From: Prevotella sp.
Lineage (GTDB): Bacteria > Bacteroidota > Bacteroidia > Bacteroidales > Bacteroidaceae
NCBI GenBank assembly: GCA_022769285.1
Contig: JALEKD010000039.1
Location: 25,364 to 89,363 of the forward strand
Reading direction: 5' to 3'
Length of the DNA: 64,000 nt
Part shown: one piece after another, positions 9,890 through 19,998 of the stretch
How positions within the stretch are numbered: the first letter of the stretch is position 1
Layout of the letters: each line of letters starts with the position of its first letter
The notes under the pieces: generated by a model
Database searches by the model: none
What the model was told of the DNA's origin: nothing
What the model saw: the letters and a program-made list of their open reading frames with translations, nothing else
Made by a program: the position numbers and the translations under genes

Positions 9890-10270
9890 ATGGACATAGA
9901 ACAATTCAGAATATATTGTCTCGGACTTCCCTTAGCCACCGAGGACTTCCCCTTTGACGAAACCAACTTGGTTTTTCGCGTCCTGGGCAAGATTTTTGCC
10001 ATGACTCACCTGGACAGGCCCACCTGGGTAATCTTAAAATGCGACCCTGCCTACGCCTTAGAACTGCGCGAACACTATCCGGGCATAGAAGGGGCCTACC
10101 ACATGAACAAGAAGTACTGGAACCAGGTAGCGTTAGACAGTCTGATAGCCGACGATGTGGTTATCAATCTGATCAGGCACAGCTACAGCGAGGTGGTTAG
10201 GAAACTAACTCGCCGCGAGCGCACTGCCCACCCCGAGATAACCACCGTAAACGGTGAGCAGGCAGACTGA
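9890..10270 (+). CDS. MmcQ/YjbR family protein
   Basis: DFPFD...VFRVLGKIFA...LKCDP...AYHMNKKYWN. Confidence 0.9.
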   Translation: MDIEQFRIYCLGLPLATEDFPFDETNLVFRVLGKIFAMTHLDRPTWVILKCDPAYALELREHYPGIEGAYHMNKKYWNQVALDSLIADDVVINLIRHSYSEVVRKLTRRERTAHPEITTVNGEQAD

Positions 10271-10330
10271 TATTCTCGCACCCCATGTCCCACCCACAAT
10301 CCTAATTACAAGAGGTATAAAAGAAAACGT

Positions 10331-10400
10331 GTCTGCATAGTTGACAACAACTATTGCAGACACGCTTGGGTCTATAGCAGCCGTCATAGACGGCAGCTTG
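10331..10400. terminator. two hairpins between convergent mmcQ-like gene and fabH
   Basis: GTCTGCATAGTTG..CAACTATTGCAGAC and GCCGTC-ATA-GACGGC. Confidence 0.5.
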
Positions 10401-11417
10401 TTATTTCTTAGCAAAATCAGAGCCGTTGTAAGCCCACTTATAGTAGGAGGCACCATGGACAAAGCCTGCGCCAAAGGCGGTAAAGATAACCTTGTCGCCT
10501 TTCTTCAGCTTGGCCTCATTGTCCCACAGGGCCAATGGGATGGTGGCAGCGCTGGTATTGCCGTAATGGTCTATGTTAATCATCACTTTGTTCAAGTCCA
10601 GCTCGGCCCGCTTGGCCACAGCCTCGATAATGCGCAAGTTGGCCTCGTGGGGAACCACCCAGTCTACATCGTTGCCCGTAAGATTATTACGCTTCAGTAT
10701 CTCCAGCACATCATCACTCATGCTGGTCACCGCATAGCGGAACACGGTGCGCCCCTCCTGATAGAGGTAGTGCAGCCGGTGATCTACGGTGAAGTGCGAC
10801 GCCGGGCATACCGAGCCACCAGCCTTCATGTGCAGGAAAGGCAAGCCCTTGCCGTCGGTACGCAGATAAGAGTTCTGCACACCCACACCGTCCTCAGTGG
10901 TAGCCTCCACCAACACTGCGCCGGCGCCATCGCCGAAGAGTACGCAGGTCTGGCGGTCTGTATAGTCCACCAACGACGACATCTTGTCGGCACCGATAAC
11001 GATAATCTTCTTATAGCGCCCACTCTGTATCATCGAAGCAGCCACGTCGAGCGAGTAGAGGAACCCGCAGCACGCAGCCTCGAAGTCGAAAGCGAAGGCG
11101 TTCTTCAGCCCAAGTTTGCCCACCACGATCGAAGCCGTAGAGGGGAACTTGTAGTCGGGGGTAGTGGTGGTTACGATAAGCGCGTCAATAGTATCAGGGT
11201 CTACGCCTGTCTTGGCAATAAGCTGCTTGGCCGCCTTGCGTGCCAGATAGCTTGTGCCAAGACCCTCCTCGGTGAGGATGCGGCGCTCCTTGATGCCCAC
11301 GCGGGTGGTTATCCACTCATCACTGGTATCTACCATGCGCGACAACTCATCATTAGTGAGCACATAGTCGGGCACGTAGCCACCGATGCCTGTGATAACT
11401 GCGTTTATCTTCTCCAT
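10401..11417 (-). CDS. fabH: beta-ketoacyl-ACP synthase III
   Basis: AACCGF, FGDGAGA, VPHEANLRII and YGNTSAA. Confidence 0.96.
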   Translation of the reverse strand: MEKINAVITGIGGYVPDYVLTNDELSRMVDTSDEWITTRVGIKERRILTEEGLGTSYLARKAAKQLIAKTGVDPDTIDALIVTTTTPDYKFPSTASIVVGKLGLKNAFAFDFEAACCGFLYSLDVAASMIQSGRYKKIIVIGADKMSSLVDYTDRQTCVLFGDGAGAVLVEATTEDGVGVQNSYLRTDGKGLPFLHMKAGGSVCPASHFTVDHRLHYLYQEGRTVFRYAVTSMSDDVLEILKRNNLTGNDVDWVVPHEANLRIIEAVAKRAELDLNKVMINIDHYGNTSAATIPLALWDNEAKLKKGDKVIFTAFGAGFVHGASYYKWAYNGSDFAKK

Positions 11418-11602
11418 TACTCAGCGGCTTCCTTAACAACAGCTACCTTACCACGATAGTAACCACAGGTGTTGCATACGGTGTGATATACGTAGTAAGC
11501 GCCACAGTTAGGACATACGGCCAGTGTAGGAGCTACGGCCTTGTCGTGAGTTCTTCTTTTAAGTGTACGAGTCTTAGACTGTCTTCTTTTAGGATGTGCC
11601 AT
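11417..11602 (-). CDS. rpmF: 50S ribosomal protein L32 (Zn-ribbon form)
   Basis: MAHPKRRQSKTR...CPNC...HTVCNTCGYYRG. Confidence 0.97.
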   Translation of the reverse strand: MAHPKRRQSKTRTLKRRTHDKAVAPTLAVCPNCGAYYVYHTVCNTCGYYRGKVAVVKEAAE

Positions 11603-11621
11603 TTGTTTGTAATTTTTTAAT

Positions 11622-12149
11622 TTATTCTTTAATATTCAACTTTTTAAGAGCCTCCCAGCGAGAATCCACGTCATCGCAGTCATCCGCTTCGCCGCTTCGG
11701 GTGGCGGAAAGTTCGTCCAGAACTTTCATCATGGCAGGGTTGCATTTTCCAGGTGCATGCACATGCCTGATAGGGATATTGAGCACGATAAATTCGTAGA
11801 CAAACCAGGCCACGTCGAGTATTCCTTCGTCCTCACAAACCGTCACCAGGTCATCCTCCTCGGAGTATTCCTCTCCGAATTTGGCTACGAGCCGCTCATC
11901 GCAGGCGACAGGCTGCTGCATGTCGTCCAGACAGAGGTCGCAGGGTACAATTACCTGACCTTCTATATGAAATACCAACTCAAAGAAGCTGTCCTTACGG
12001 CTGATAGACAACGTTACATCAAGCGCACCACGCTCCACATCGGGGGCCTCAATAGCCTCGAAGTAAGCGTCGGTCAACTTGAACTCAAACGTCGTCAAGC
12101 CCTCATGCAACCCTTTCAAGTCGATTTTAAAAGGTGCCAAATCGTACAT
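11622..12149 (-). CDS. YceD/DUF177 family protein
   Basis: CDLCLD motif, DSRWEALKKL C-terminus, canonical position before rpmF. Confidence 0.92.
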   Translation of the reverse strand: MYDLAPFKIDLKGLHEGLTTFEFKLTDAYFEAIEAPDVERGALDVTLSISRKDSFFELVFHIEGQVIVPCDLCLDDMQQPVACDERLVAKFGEEYSEEDDLVTVCEDEGILDVAWFVYEFIVLNIPIRHVHAPGKCNPAMMKVLDELSATRSGEADDCDDVDSRWEALKKLNIKE

Positions 12150-12206
12150 TTGGGTGCAAAGTTACTAAAATTGTGATAAACAGCCAAGTAAAAATCCTTT
12201 TTATTT

Positions 12207-12214
12207 TACATTTG
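12207..12214 (+). promoter_or_regulatory. Bacteroidetes -7 element divergent from yceD, pointing into an ORF-less region
   Basis: TACATTTG(CA) with AT-rich upstream sequence. Confidence 0.45.
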
Positions 12215-12656
12215 CAGTCAGGTCATTACATCCGTGCCGACAATGGACTAACACGCCGCGACGACCGCGGCTACAGCCCCATCGGTTCCGACCCTTTACA
12301 CCTTATTAAATATAATAGGGGCCGGCACCCCCGCCAGAACAATCCCGCCAAACACCAAACTACCACCCCGCCCCACCCGTACAGGGACGGCCCGCGGCCT
12401 GCCCTCTGTTATCACTGCGCGGCTAAAGAGAACCGTTAGCAAGCGGGGAACCATCGCGGAAGAAGCAGAAGAGGTCGCCTGTAATTCAGAAGATGCGAAG
12501 AACAAGCCTGAGGGTACTACCCTCGAATCCGAGGATATTAGGAGTAATCGGAAAAGACGGTGCGGACGAGCGGACGACACTTTTCAAGACATTTACAACC
12601 CACTGCGACCACACCGGCACCACACCTGCACAGCCGCAACCGATGCGGGCGACAAC

Positions 12657-12685
12657 AAAAAAGTCCTAAGGAAAACCTTAGGACT
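12657..12685 (-). terminator. rho-independent terminator of tRNA-Asn
   Basis: AGTCCTAAGG-AAAA-CCTTAGGACT stem followed by a U-run on the minus strand. Confidence 0.85.
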
Positions 12686-12690
12686 CTCTG

Positions 12691-12764
12691 CGCTTCAAGA
12701 TGGGCTTGAACCAACGACCCCCTGATTAACAGTCAGGTGCTCTAACCAACTGAGCTATTGAAGC
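12691..12764 (-). tRNA. tRNA-Asn(GTT), CCA not encoded
   Basis: Reverse complement GCTTCAATAGCTCAGTTGGTTAGAGCACCTGACTGTTAATCAGGGGGTCGTTGGTTCAAGCCCATCTTGAAGCG folds as a cloverleaf with anticodon GTT; TACCTTTG promoter upstream. Confidence 0.97.
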
Positions 12765-12920
12765 AGTACTTGCATCATTTCTGATTGCGGTTGCAAAGGT
12801 ACGGTCTTTTTTCATTTCCGCCAAACTTTTCAGCGATTTTTTTACTCTAGACCCTAAAAAAAGTATTTTTTTGCTCTTTTCATGCCCTCATCTGCGCTGA
12901 TATTCGTACTTTTGCATATT

Positions 12921-14579
12921 ATGAGAAAGGTAATACTGTTTCTGATGCTCACGGTGGCACTCTCCTCTACCGCGCAGGACAAAGACCACAATCTGGAAGT
13001 GGCCAAGAATTTGGACGTGTTCAACACCATCTACAAGCAGCTTGACATGCTGTATGTAGACACGCTCGATGCCAAAGAGGTGATAGGCAATGCCATCAAC
13101 GGCATGCTCCGCAGTCTGGATCCCTATACCGTATATTATCCCGAAGACCAAGCCAACAAGCTGCGAACCCTCTTCACGGGTAAGTATGCCGGTATTGGTG
13201 CCATGATACGCTGGAACTCGCAGATAAACAACTCCGTTATCGAGGAGCCGTACGAGGGCATGCCTGCCGCAGAGGTGGGTCTGAAGAAGGGTGATGTCAT
13301 CCTGAGCATAGACGGTGAGTCTATGGTGGGCAAGATGAACGACTACGTGAGCAACCACCTCAGGGGCGACGCAGGAACTACCTTTGAGCTCAAGATACGC
13401 CGCCCCTCGACCGGCAAGGAGATGAAGATGAAGATAACGCGCCGCGCCATACAGATGCCGGCCGTCCCCTATTACGGCATTGTACACGATAATATAGGAT
13501 ACATCAAGTTGAGCGAGTTCACGGAGAACTGTACGAAGACTGTGCGCCGCGCCTTTGTCGAGATGAAGCACCAGGGCATCAAGGGACTGGTTCTGGACCT
13601 GCGCAACAACCCCGGTGGATCTGAGTTAGAGGCCGTGAACACCGTAAACCTGTTTATTCCGAAAGGCATCACCGTAGTGTCTAACCGTGGAAAGCTGAAG
13701 CGGGCCAACCATGACTACAAGACCACCGTGGAGCCGGTAGATACCATCATGCCCATCGTGGTATTGGTCAACGGCAACTCGGCCAGTTCGAGCGAGGTTA
13801 CCTGCGGGGCCTTGCAGGACTTAGACCGGGCCGTCATCATGGGCACCAAGACCTACGGCAAGGGCTTGGTACAGATGTCGCTCGACGTACCGTACAACGG
13901 CGAACTCAAACTCACCACCAACAAGTACTACACGCCCAGCGGACGGTGCATACAGGCCGTCAACTACCGTCATGCCAACGGTGGTTCTACCGAGGAGATA
14001 GCCGACTCGCTCACCCACAAGTTTTATACCCGTGCCGGTCGCGAGGTTCGCGATGGCGGCGGCATCAAGCCCGATGTTATCGTGCAGGCCGACTCACTGC
14101 CCAACATAGCTTACTACTTAGCGGCCGCCCGCGACTCTAACGAGGTACTCCTCAACTACGAGGTCGACTACATTGCTAAGCACCCCACCGTGGCCCCTGC
14201 CGACCAGTTCGAGATCTCCGACGAAGACTACGCTGAATTTAAGCGCCGCGTGCTTGCCAGCAACTTCACCTACGACCGCACCAGCGAGAAAATCCTTAAA
14301 GAACTCGAGACGCTCACTAAGTTTGAGGGTTACTACGACGATGCTAAGCCCGAGCTCGAAGCTCTCAAGAAGAAGCTCAACCACAATGTCGCCAAGGATC
14401 TGGACTACAACAAGCAGGCACTCAAGAACATCATTGCCAACGACCTGATGAGCGCCTACTACTTCCAGCGTGGTGCCGCGCAGAACGCCCTGCGTCACGA
14501 CCCGCAAATGGACGAAGCCGTCAAGCTCATTGGCGACCCCCAGCGCTATCAGTCACTACTCAGGCCAGCGGCCAAGTAG
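12921..14579 (+). CDS. S41 family C-terminal processing peptidase (PDZ)
   Basis: LDPY, DLRNNPGG, SASSSE and TYGKGLVQ; signal peptide from MRKVIL. Confidence 0.93.
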   Translation: MRKVILFLMLTVALSSTAQDKDHNLEVAKNLDVFNTIYKQLDMLYVDTLDAKEVIGNAINGMLRSLDPYTVYYPEDQANKLRTLFTGKYAGIGAMIRWNSQINNSVIEEPYEGMPAAEVGLKKGDVILSIDGESMVGKMNDYVSNHLRGDAGTTFELKIRRPSTGKEMKMKITRRAIQMPAVPYYGIVHDNIGYIKLSEFTENCTKTVRRAFVEMKHQGIKGLVLDLRNNPGGSELEAVNTVNLFIPKGITVVSNRGKLKRANHDYKTTVEPVDTIMPIVVLVNGNSASSSEVTCGALQDLDRAVIMGTKTYGKGLVQMSLDVPYNGELKLTTNKYYTPSGRCIQAVNYRHANGGSTEEIADSLTHKFYTRAGREVRDGGGIKPDVIVQADSLPNIAYYLAAARDSNEVLLNYEVDYIAKHPTVAPADQFEISDEDYAEFKRRVLASNFTYDRTSEKILKELETLTKFEGYYDDAKPELEALKKKLNHNVAKDLDYNKQALKNIIANDLMSAYYFQRGAAQNALRHDPQMDEAVKLIGDPQRYQSLLRPAAK

Positions 14580-14636
14580 TCGCCACGCTGTCTATTATTA
14601 CACCTTATTATATTATAGGGCTACGATACAAGGGCA

Positions 14637-16070
14637 ATGGCCGAGACACTGAAGCAGCAGACCATAGGCGCGCTGATATGGAACCTCATTGACAGGTTCG
14701 GACAGCAGGTGCTACAGATGGCAGTAGTCATCATCGTAGCCAACATCCTGTGCCCCGACGACTATGCCCTCGTAGCCATGCTGGCCATCTTCACGGCCAT
14801 AGGCAACCTTATCATCGAGAGCGGATTCGGGGCCGCCCTCATCCAGCGGCAGGATGCCGACGACCGCCATTACTCCTCTGTATTCTGGTTCAACCTGGTC
14901 ATGAGCACCGTCATCTACGCCCTGCTCATGGCGTGCAGTCCCCTTATCGCCGACTACTTCAGCGAGCCTCAGCTCATACCCATCGGTGCGGTGGTGTTTC
15001 TTATCCTGCCGCTCAATGCCACCATGCTTATCCAGACCACCCTGCTCAACAAGCAGATAAGGTTTCGCCAACTGGCCAAGATAGACATGAGCGCCATGGT
15101 GGTATCGTCGGCCGTAGCCATCAGCATGGCCGTAGTGGGCTGCGGCGTGTGGACGTTGGCCTGGCAACCCATCACCTTAGCCGCCACCAAGAGCCTGCTG
15201 CTGTGGGCCACCAGCCGATGGCGCCCACGGTGCTATTTCAGCCTAAGCATCATCCGCCAGCTGTTCGGTTTTGCCTCCAGCCTGCTGCTGTCGGGCCTTA
15301 TCAACACGTGCTTTGTCAATGTGTACTCCCTGGTTATCCCCAGACTATACCCCAAGCGCGAGCTGGGTCTGTTCACGCAGGGCAACAAGATATGTGACCC
15401 CATTGTCAGCCTGGTGTACGGCAGCATACAGAACGCCACGTTCCCCATATTCAGCAATATACAGCACGACAGGCTGCGGCTCATCAAGGCGTACCGCAAG
15501 TCTATCCGCTTCACCGCCTTCCTTACCTTCCCACTGCTCGTAGGTGGCCTCATGGTAGCCCCGGCCCTCTTTCATCTACTGTTCAAGTCGCAGTGGTGGC
15601 CCGCCATACCCTACTTCCAGCTACTCTGCGCCGGTGGCTGCTTTACGGTGCTCACCGCCATTAACAACAACTTCATCAAGGTAAGCGGGCGCTCCTCGGG
15701 CATCCTGAAGATTGAAATTTTCAAGATTATACTTACCATTGCAGCCATCGCCCTGTTCCTCCGCGCGAGCGTGCTGGTCATGGTGGCCGGGCTCATAGCC
15801 GTGCGCGTAGCCGTACATCTCATTAACATGGCCTACACGCAGCGCTACACGGGCTACACGTTCATGGCCCAGGCCGCCGACACCCTGCCCTACGTGGTGC
15901 TGGCCGCGCTCATGGCCGGAGCCGTCTATGCGGCCGGTCTGGTTACCTCCATGGCGTGGCTGCAGCTCATCCTACAGGTAGTGGTAGGCGCCACGGTGTA
16001 CATCGGCCTGGCCTACCTCACCGGAAGCAAGATACTCCAAGAGGCGATAAGCCTACTCAAACGCAAATAG
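14637..16070 (+). CDS. Wzx-type polysaccharide flippase
   Basis: About 12-14 hydrophobic segments, ESGFGAALIQ motif, first gene of a GT cluster. Confidence 0.9.
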   Translation: MAETLKQQTIGALIWNLIDRFGQQVLQMAVVIIVANILCPDDYALVAMLAIFTAIGNLIIESGFGAALIQRQDADDRHYSSVFWFNLVMSTVIYALLMACSPLIADYFSEPQLIPIGAVVFLILPLNATMLIQTTLLNKQIRFRQLAKIDMSAMVVSSAVAISMAVVGCGVWTLAWQPITLAATKSLLLWATSRWRPRCYFSLSIIRQLFGFASSLLLSGLINTCFVNVYSLVIPRLYPKRELGLFTQGNKICDPIVSLVYGSIQNATFPIFSNIQHDRLRLIKAYRKSIRFTAFLTFPLLVGGLMVAPALFHLLFKSQWWPAIPYFQLLCAGGCFTVLTAINNNFIKVSGRSSGILKIEIFKIILTIAAIALFLRASVLVMVAGLIAVRVAVHLINMAYTQRYTGYTFMAQAADTLPYVVLAALMAGAVYAAGLVTSMAWLQLILQVVVGATVYIGLAYLTGSKILQEAISLLKRK

Positions 16071-16074
16071 AACC

Positions 16075-17064
16075 ATGGACAATCCTATCAAGATAAGCGT
16101 GCTGATGCTGGCTTACAACCAGCGGCCCTATATCGACGAGGCCATACGCAGCGTAATACTGCAGCACACCCACTTCGACTACGAGCTCATCATCGGCGAC
16201 GACTGCAGTACCGACGGCACCGCCGAGCGCTGCCGCGAGTGGCAGACGCGCTACCCGGAGCGCATCATCCTGCTTCAGGGCGAGACCAATATGGGACTGG
16301 CGCGCAACTTTATACGTACCTACCAGGCTGCGCGCGGCACCTACATAGCCATCTGCGAGGCCGATGACTTCTGGACCGACGCCAACAAGCTCCAGATACA
16401 GGCCGACTTCCTGGACAGCCATCCCGAGTACACCATGTGCTTTCACAGGGTGGTCAACTACTATGAGGCCGACCACAGCAAGAGTCTGAGCAACGGTCGC
16501 CAGTCCACCACGATGACCATCGAGGACGTGGCCCTGTGCAACCCCATCACCAATGTATCGGTATGCTACCGCCGAGGGCTCTTCGGCGCGCTCCCCGAGT
16601 GGATGAACCAGGTTACGAGCTACGATCTGGTGATGCACCTGCTCACTCTGCAGTATGGGCCGGTGTACTACATGAAGCGACCCATGGCCGTGTACCGCAA
16701 GTTGGCCACCAGCATCTGGACAGGGGGCGACAAGGCACGCCGCGCCCTCATCTCGCGTAAGAACCGCGACCTGCTCATGGACTACTTCCGCGACCGCAAC
16801 CAGCAGGTCTACGACATCCTGCGCCGGGCCAATGCCCTCAACTGCCTGGACATGGCCCTCTACAGCGAGGCTCAGGGCCAGACCCACGAGGCCGATGACT
16901 ACCTGAACCACCTACGCCAGTACGAGCCCACCTGGGACGACACCGACATAGCCCGCGAGCGCCAGTGCCTTACCCACAGCCAGCACGGCAGCCGCCTGCA
17001 CACCTGCCTCACAGTCTGCCGCCGCATCCTTTCACGATACATACCCTTACCCCGCATACGATGA
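16075..17064 (+). CDS. GT2 glycosyltransferase
   Basis: AYNQ, GDDCSTDGT and CEADDFW. Confidence 0.9.
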   Translation: MDNPIKISVLMLAYNQRPYIDEAIRSVILQHTHFDYELIIGDDCSTDGTAERCREWQTRYPERIILLQGETNMGLARNFIRTYQAARGTYIAICEADDFWTDANKLQIQADFLDSHPEYTMCFHRVVNYYEADHSKSLSNGRQSTTMTIEDVALCNPITNVSVCYRRGLFGALPEWMNQVTSYDLVMHLLTLQYGPVYYMKRPMAVYRKLATSIWTGGDKARRALISRKNRDLLMDYFRDRNQQVYDILRRANALNCLDMALYSEAQGQTHEADDYLNHLRQYEPTWDDTDIARERQCLTHSQHGSRLHTCLTVCRRILSRYIPLPRIR

Positions 17065-18824
17065 CACACCACAGCAAGCACATCACACTGATACCCCATG
17101 GCGGACTGGCCAACCGGATGAAGGCCATTGCCGCCGGACTGCGGCTGGCCGAGGCTGTAGACAGCCAGTTACACATTATCTGGTTCGCCAACAAGGACTT
17201 GAACGCCAAGTTCAGCGACCTGTTCATGCCCATCGACTCCAGCCGTGTAACGGTCACCGAAGGTACCAGGTGTACAGCCCTCAGACTCGGCAGGCCCCGC
17301 CTGGGCAACGCCTGGGTACCCGCCTTCTGCAGGCTAAAAGGCCACAGCCGCTTTATGAACGTCAAGACGGTAACCCAACACATGGATGAGGGCGACTTTG
17401 ACTTCACAGCGTGGGCACGGGGCCACAATGTATGGATGGCCACCTGCGTGTACTTCTGGGGAGAGCCCATCCCCGACGATGCGTTCGACATTTTCCGCCC
17501 ACAGGCCGACTTGCAGCGCGAGATAGACCGCATGGCTGCCCAGATAGATGCCGATACCATCGGCATGCACATCCGGGGCACCGACAATGGCCAGTCCCAG
17601 CTTCTCAGTCCGCCTGAAGCCTTTGCCGAGTACCTGCGCACACTGCCCCAGCATACCCGCGTGTATCTGGCCACCGACGAGGCATCGGTCAAGAGCAAAT
17701 TTAAGAAAGAATTTGGCAGCCGCATCGTCAGCATGGACCACAAGGTGTGCCGCGACACACTCGACGGCATGCGCGATGCCGTCATCGAGATGTTCCTGCT
17801 GGCCCGTACCAGCCGCATCGTGGGCTCGGGCAAGAGCACGTTCTCTACCACACCGGCCTCGATAGGCCGCATACCTTTCCAGACCGTAACCAAGGCCCGG
17901 ATATCCTCCCTGCACCCCGCCGGCCACAAGCACAGCGACACATTAGCCATCATAGTGACCTACAATGCCATGCCCTGGCTGTCCAAGTGTATCGGCTCCG
18001 TGCTCCAATCCACCGTACCGGCCGACATCATGGTGATAGACAACACATCGACCGACGATACCGAGGCCACCGTGCGCCGCGACTATCCTCAGGTAATGTT
18101 CCTGGAGAACTATGCCAACCTTGGCTTTGGCCAGGCTAACAATATCGGTATGAACTACGCCCTGCGGCATGGCTACCGTGCCGTGCTGCTGCTCAACCAG
18201 GACGCGTGGATAGACCCCGATGTCATCGGGCGCATGGCCGATGCCCTGCAGCGACACCCCGACCTCGGCATTGTGTCGCCCATCCACCTTACGGGCCGTG
18301 GCGACAAGGTGGAGCACGGCTTCAGCGTCTACAGCGGTGTGACCGACCTGCGCCAACAGCCCAGCGACGACGTGGTGACCGTGCCCTTCATCGACGCGGC
18401 CATCTGGTACATGCCCGTCAGCGTGTTCAGCCACGTAGGCCTCTTTGCCAAGCTCTTCTACCACTACGGCGAGGACAAGGACCTGGCCAACCGCATGCGC
18501 TACCACCACTACCGCATCGGGTTCGTACCGGGCGTGTACGGCTACCACGACCGCGAGGCGCGCCGCGTTACCAGGGATGGTTTTATGCGTGCCGAGGAGG
18601 TGTACCACCTGTCTGAGTACGCCAATATCAACTACAGCAGGCAGCGCGCCATGGCCATGGGCCTGTTGGCCGTAGTCAAGAAGGCACTCCTGTCGGCCCT
18701 CCGACTGCGCCTGTCGGCCTGCTGCGACTATATCCAACTGTTGTGGAGGCTGTATAAGGCATCGGACGAGGTCATGATTACCCGCAAACAGTCTATCCAC
18801 GTAGACCTTAACAACTATAGATAG
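17061..18824 (+). CDS. bifunctional glycosyltransferase: GDP-fucose-type (NodZ/GT23-like) domain fused to a GT2 domain
   Basis: N-terminal GGLANRM, GMHIRGTD, YLATD, STFS; C-terminal VTYN, DNTSTD, LLNQDA, HYGED; ATGA overlap with the upstream stop. Confidence 0.8.
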   Translation: MTHHSKHITLIPHGGLANRMKAIAAGLRLAEAVDSQLHIIWFANKDLNAKFSDLFMPIDSSRVTVTEGTRCTALRLGRPRLGNAWVPAFCRLKGHSRFMNVKTVTQHMDEGDFDFTAWARGHNVWMATCVYFWGEPIPDDAFDIFRPQADLQREIDRMAAQIDADTIGMHIRGTDNGQSQLLSPPEAFAEYLRTLPQHTRVYLATDEASVKSKFKKEFGSRIVSMDHKVCRDTLDGMRDAVIEMFLLARTSRIVGSGKSTFSTTPASIGRIPFQTVTKARISSLHPAGHKHSDTLAIIVTYNAMPWLSKCIGSVLQSTVPADIMVIDNTSTDDTEATVRRDYPQVMFLENYANLGFGQANNIGMNYALRHGYRAVLLLNQDAWIDPDVIGRMADALQRHPDLGIVSPIHLTGRGDKVEHGFSVYSGVTDLRQQPSDDVVTVPFIDAAIWYMPVSVFSHVGLFAKLFYHYGEDKDLANRMRYHHYRIGFVPGVYGYHDREARRVTRDGFMRAEEVYHLSEYANINYSRQRAMAMGLLAVVKKALLSALRLRLSACCDYIQLLWRLYKASDEVMITRKQSIHVDLNNYR

Positions 18825-18825
18825 A

Positions 18826-19734
18826 ATGGAGAAAGCTCCCATACTGCTCTTTGCCTACAACCGGCCAGCCCACATGCGCCGGGCCATCGAGTCGCTGCTC
18901 CGCAACGAGGAGGCGGCCCTCTCGGACCTGTTCATCTACTCCGACGCGCCCCGCACCGAGGCCGACCGCCCGCTGGTAGACCAGGTGCGCAGCCTGGCGC
19001 ATAGCGTTACGGGCTTCAAGACGGTCAGCATCGTATGCCGGGACACCAACTACGGACTGGCGCGCAACGTAATAGACGGCGTAACCCACGTGGTAAACAC
19101 CTATGGATGGGTTATCGTGCTGGAGGACGACTTGGTGGTAGCCCCGTACTTCCTCAGATTTATGAACGATGCTCTGCGCACCTACCAGTACGAAGAGAGA
19201 GTCGGGCACATACAGGCCTGCGAGTTTACCAAGGCTCCCCTACCCCCCACGTTCCTCATCCGGTGGACCGGAAGCTGGGGCTGGGCCACCTGGAAACGCG
19301 CCTGGCAGCTGTTTAACCCCGATGGACAAGCCCTGCTTAACTTACTGGAAGAGGAGGGGCTCACCCGCGAGTTCGACTTCAACGGAAAGTACGGGTTCAC
19401 CCGCATGCTGAGCAGGCAGATAGCCGGCAAGAACGACTCGTGGGCCATACGCTGGAACGCGTCACTCTTCCTGGCCGACGTGCTTTCGCTCAACGTTGGA
19501 CGGTCGCTCGTTATGAACGAGGGGTTCGATGGCACGGGTACCAACTGTGGTGGCGGTGGTCTGTACGACTCTCTGCTCTACACCCAGCCCCTGCCCGTGA
19601 CCAAGATAGAGCCCATCGAGGAGAACCGCGAGGCGCGCCGTGCCTTTGAGCGTTACTACGCCCGCACCAACTCGTTCTGGGCCAAGGCCCGCCGCCGCAT
19701 TGTGCGCACCCTGAAGGGCGACTTCGGGGCCTGA
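18826..19734 (+). CDS. GT-A fold glycosyltransferase
   Basis: LFAYNRP, YSDAP, IVLEDD and SWGWATW. Confidence 0.85.
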   Translation: MEKAPILLFAYNRPAHMRRAIESLLRNEEAALSDLFIYSDAPRTEADRPLVDQVRSLAHSVTGFKTVSIVCRDTNYGLARNVIDGVTHVVNTYGWVIVLEDDLVVAPYFLRFMNDALRTYQYEERVGHIQACEFTKAPLPPTFLIRWTGSWGWATWKRAWQLFNPDGQALLNLLEEEGLTREFDFNGKYGFTRMLSRQIAGKNDSWAIRWNASLFLADVLSLNVGRSLVMNEGFDGTGTNCGGGGLYDSLLYTQPLPVTKIEPIEENREARRAFERYYARTNSFWAKARRRIVRTLKGDFGA

Positions 19735-19745
19735 GGCCTCTCGTG

Positions 19746-19835
19746 GCTCCGTCCCAAGACTTAGGATGTACATACTGAGCCCCGGGACGTACATCCCAAG
19801 TCTTGAAACGCACATTCCCTACCTCGGGACGGAGC
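19746..19835 (+). repeat. about 90-bp intergenic element with terminal inverted repeats and 21-bp internal period (family C, copy 1)
   Basis: GCTCCGTCCCAAG...CTCGGGACGGAGC; units CCCAAGACTTAGGATGTACAT / ACTGAGCCCCGGGACGTACAT / CCCAAGTCTTGAAACGCACAT. Confidence 0.75.
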
Positions 19836-19983
19836 GCGCGGCTATGGACAGCCCTGTGGCCACGGCCACCCGGCGGGCCCGCATCATGGCGGCACCAGCC
19901 CTTTTAACCATGCAGCCCACGGCAGTTGTCGCCACGGCTGTATTTTTATTGGCAAATCACTTCGCCATGTTATTTTTTTTAAC

Positions 19984-19991
19984 TAAGTTTG
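19984..19991 (+). promoter_or_regulatory. -7 promoter of the glycan-tailoring operon
   Basis: TAAGTTTG(CA) immediately upstream of 19999. Confidence 0.6.
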
Positions 19992-19998
19992 CACTTTA

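Noticed and set aside
12134-12580. ORFs 12134-12439 (+) and 12296-12580 (-)
   Set aside because: Low-complexity translations, GTG starts, and overlap with promoters; no family resemblance
12691-12764. tRNA-Asn as an integration site of a prophage or ICE
   Set aside because: No integrase and no duplicated tRNA 3' end were seen in the window
19746-19835. Periodic repeats as a possible mini-CRISPR array (also 29043-29140)
   Set aside because: The 21-bp period is too short for repeat plus spacer, the repeats are degenerate, and there are no cas genes
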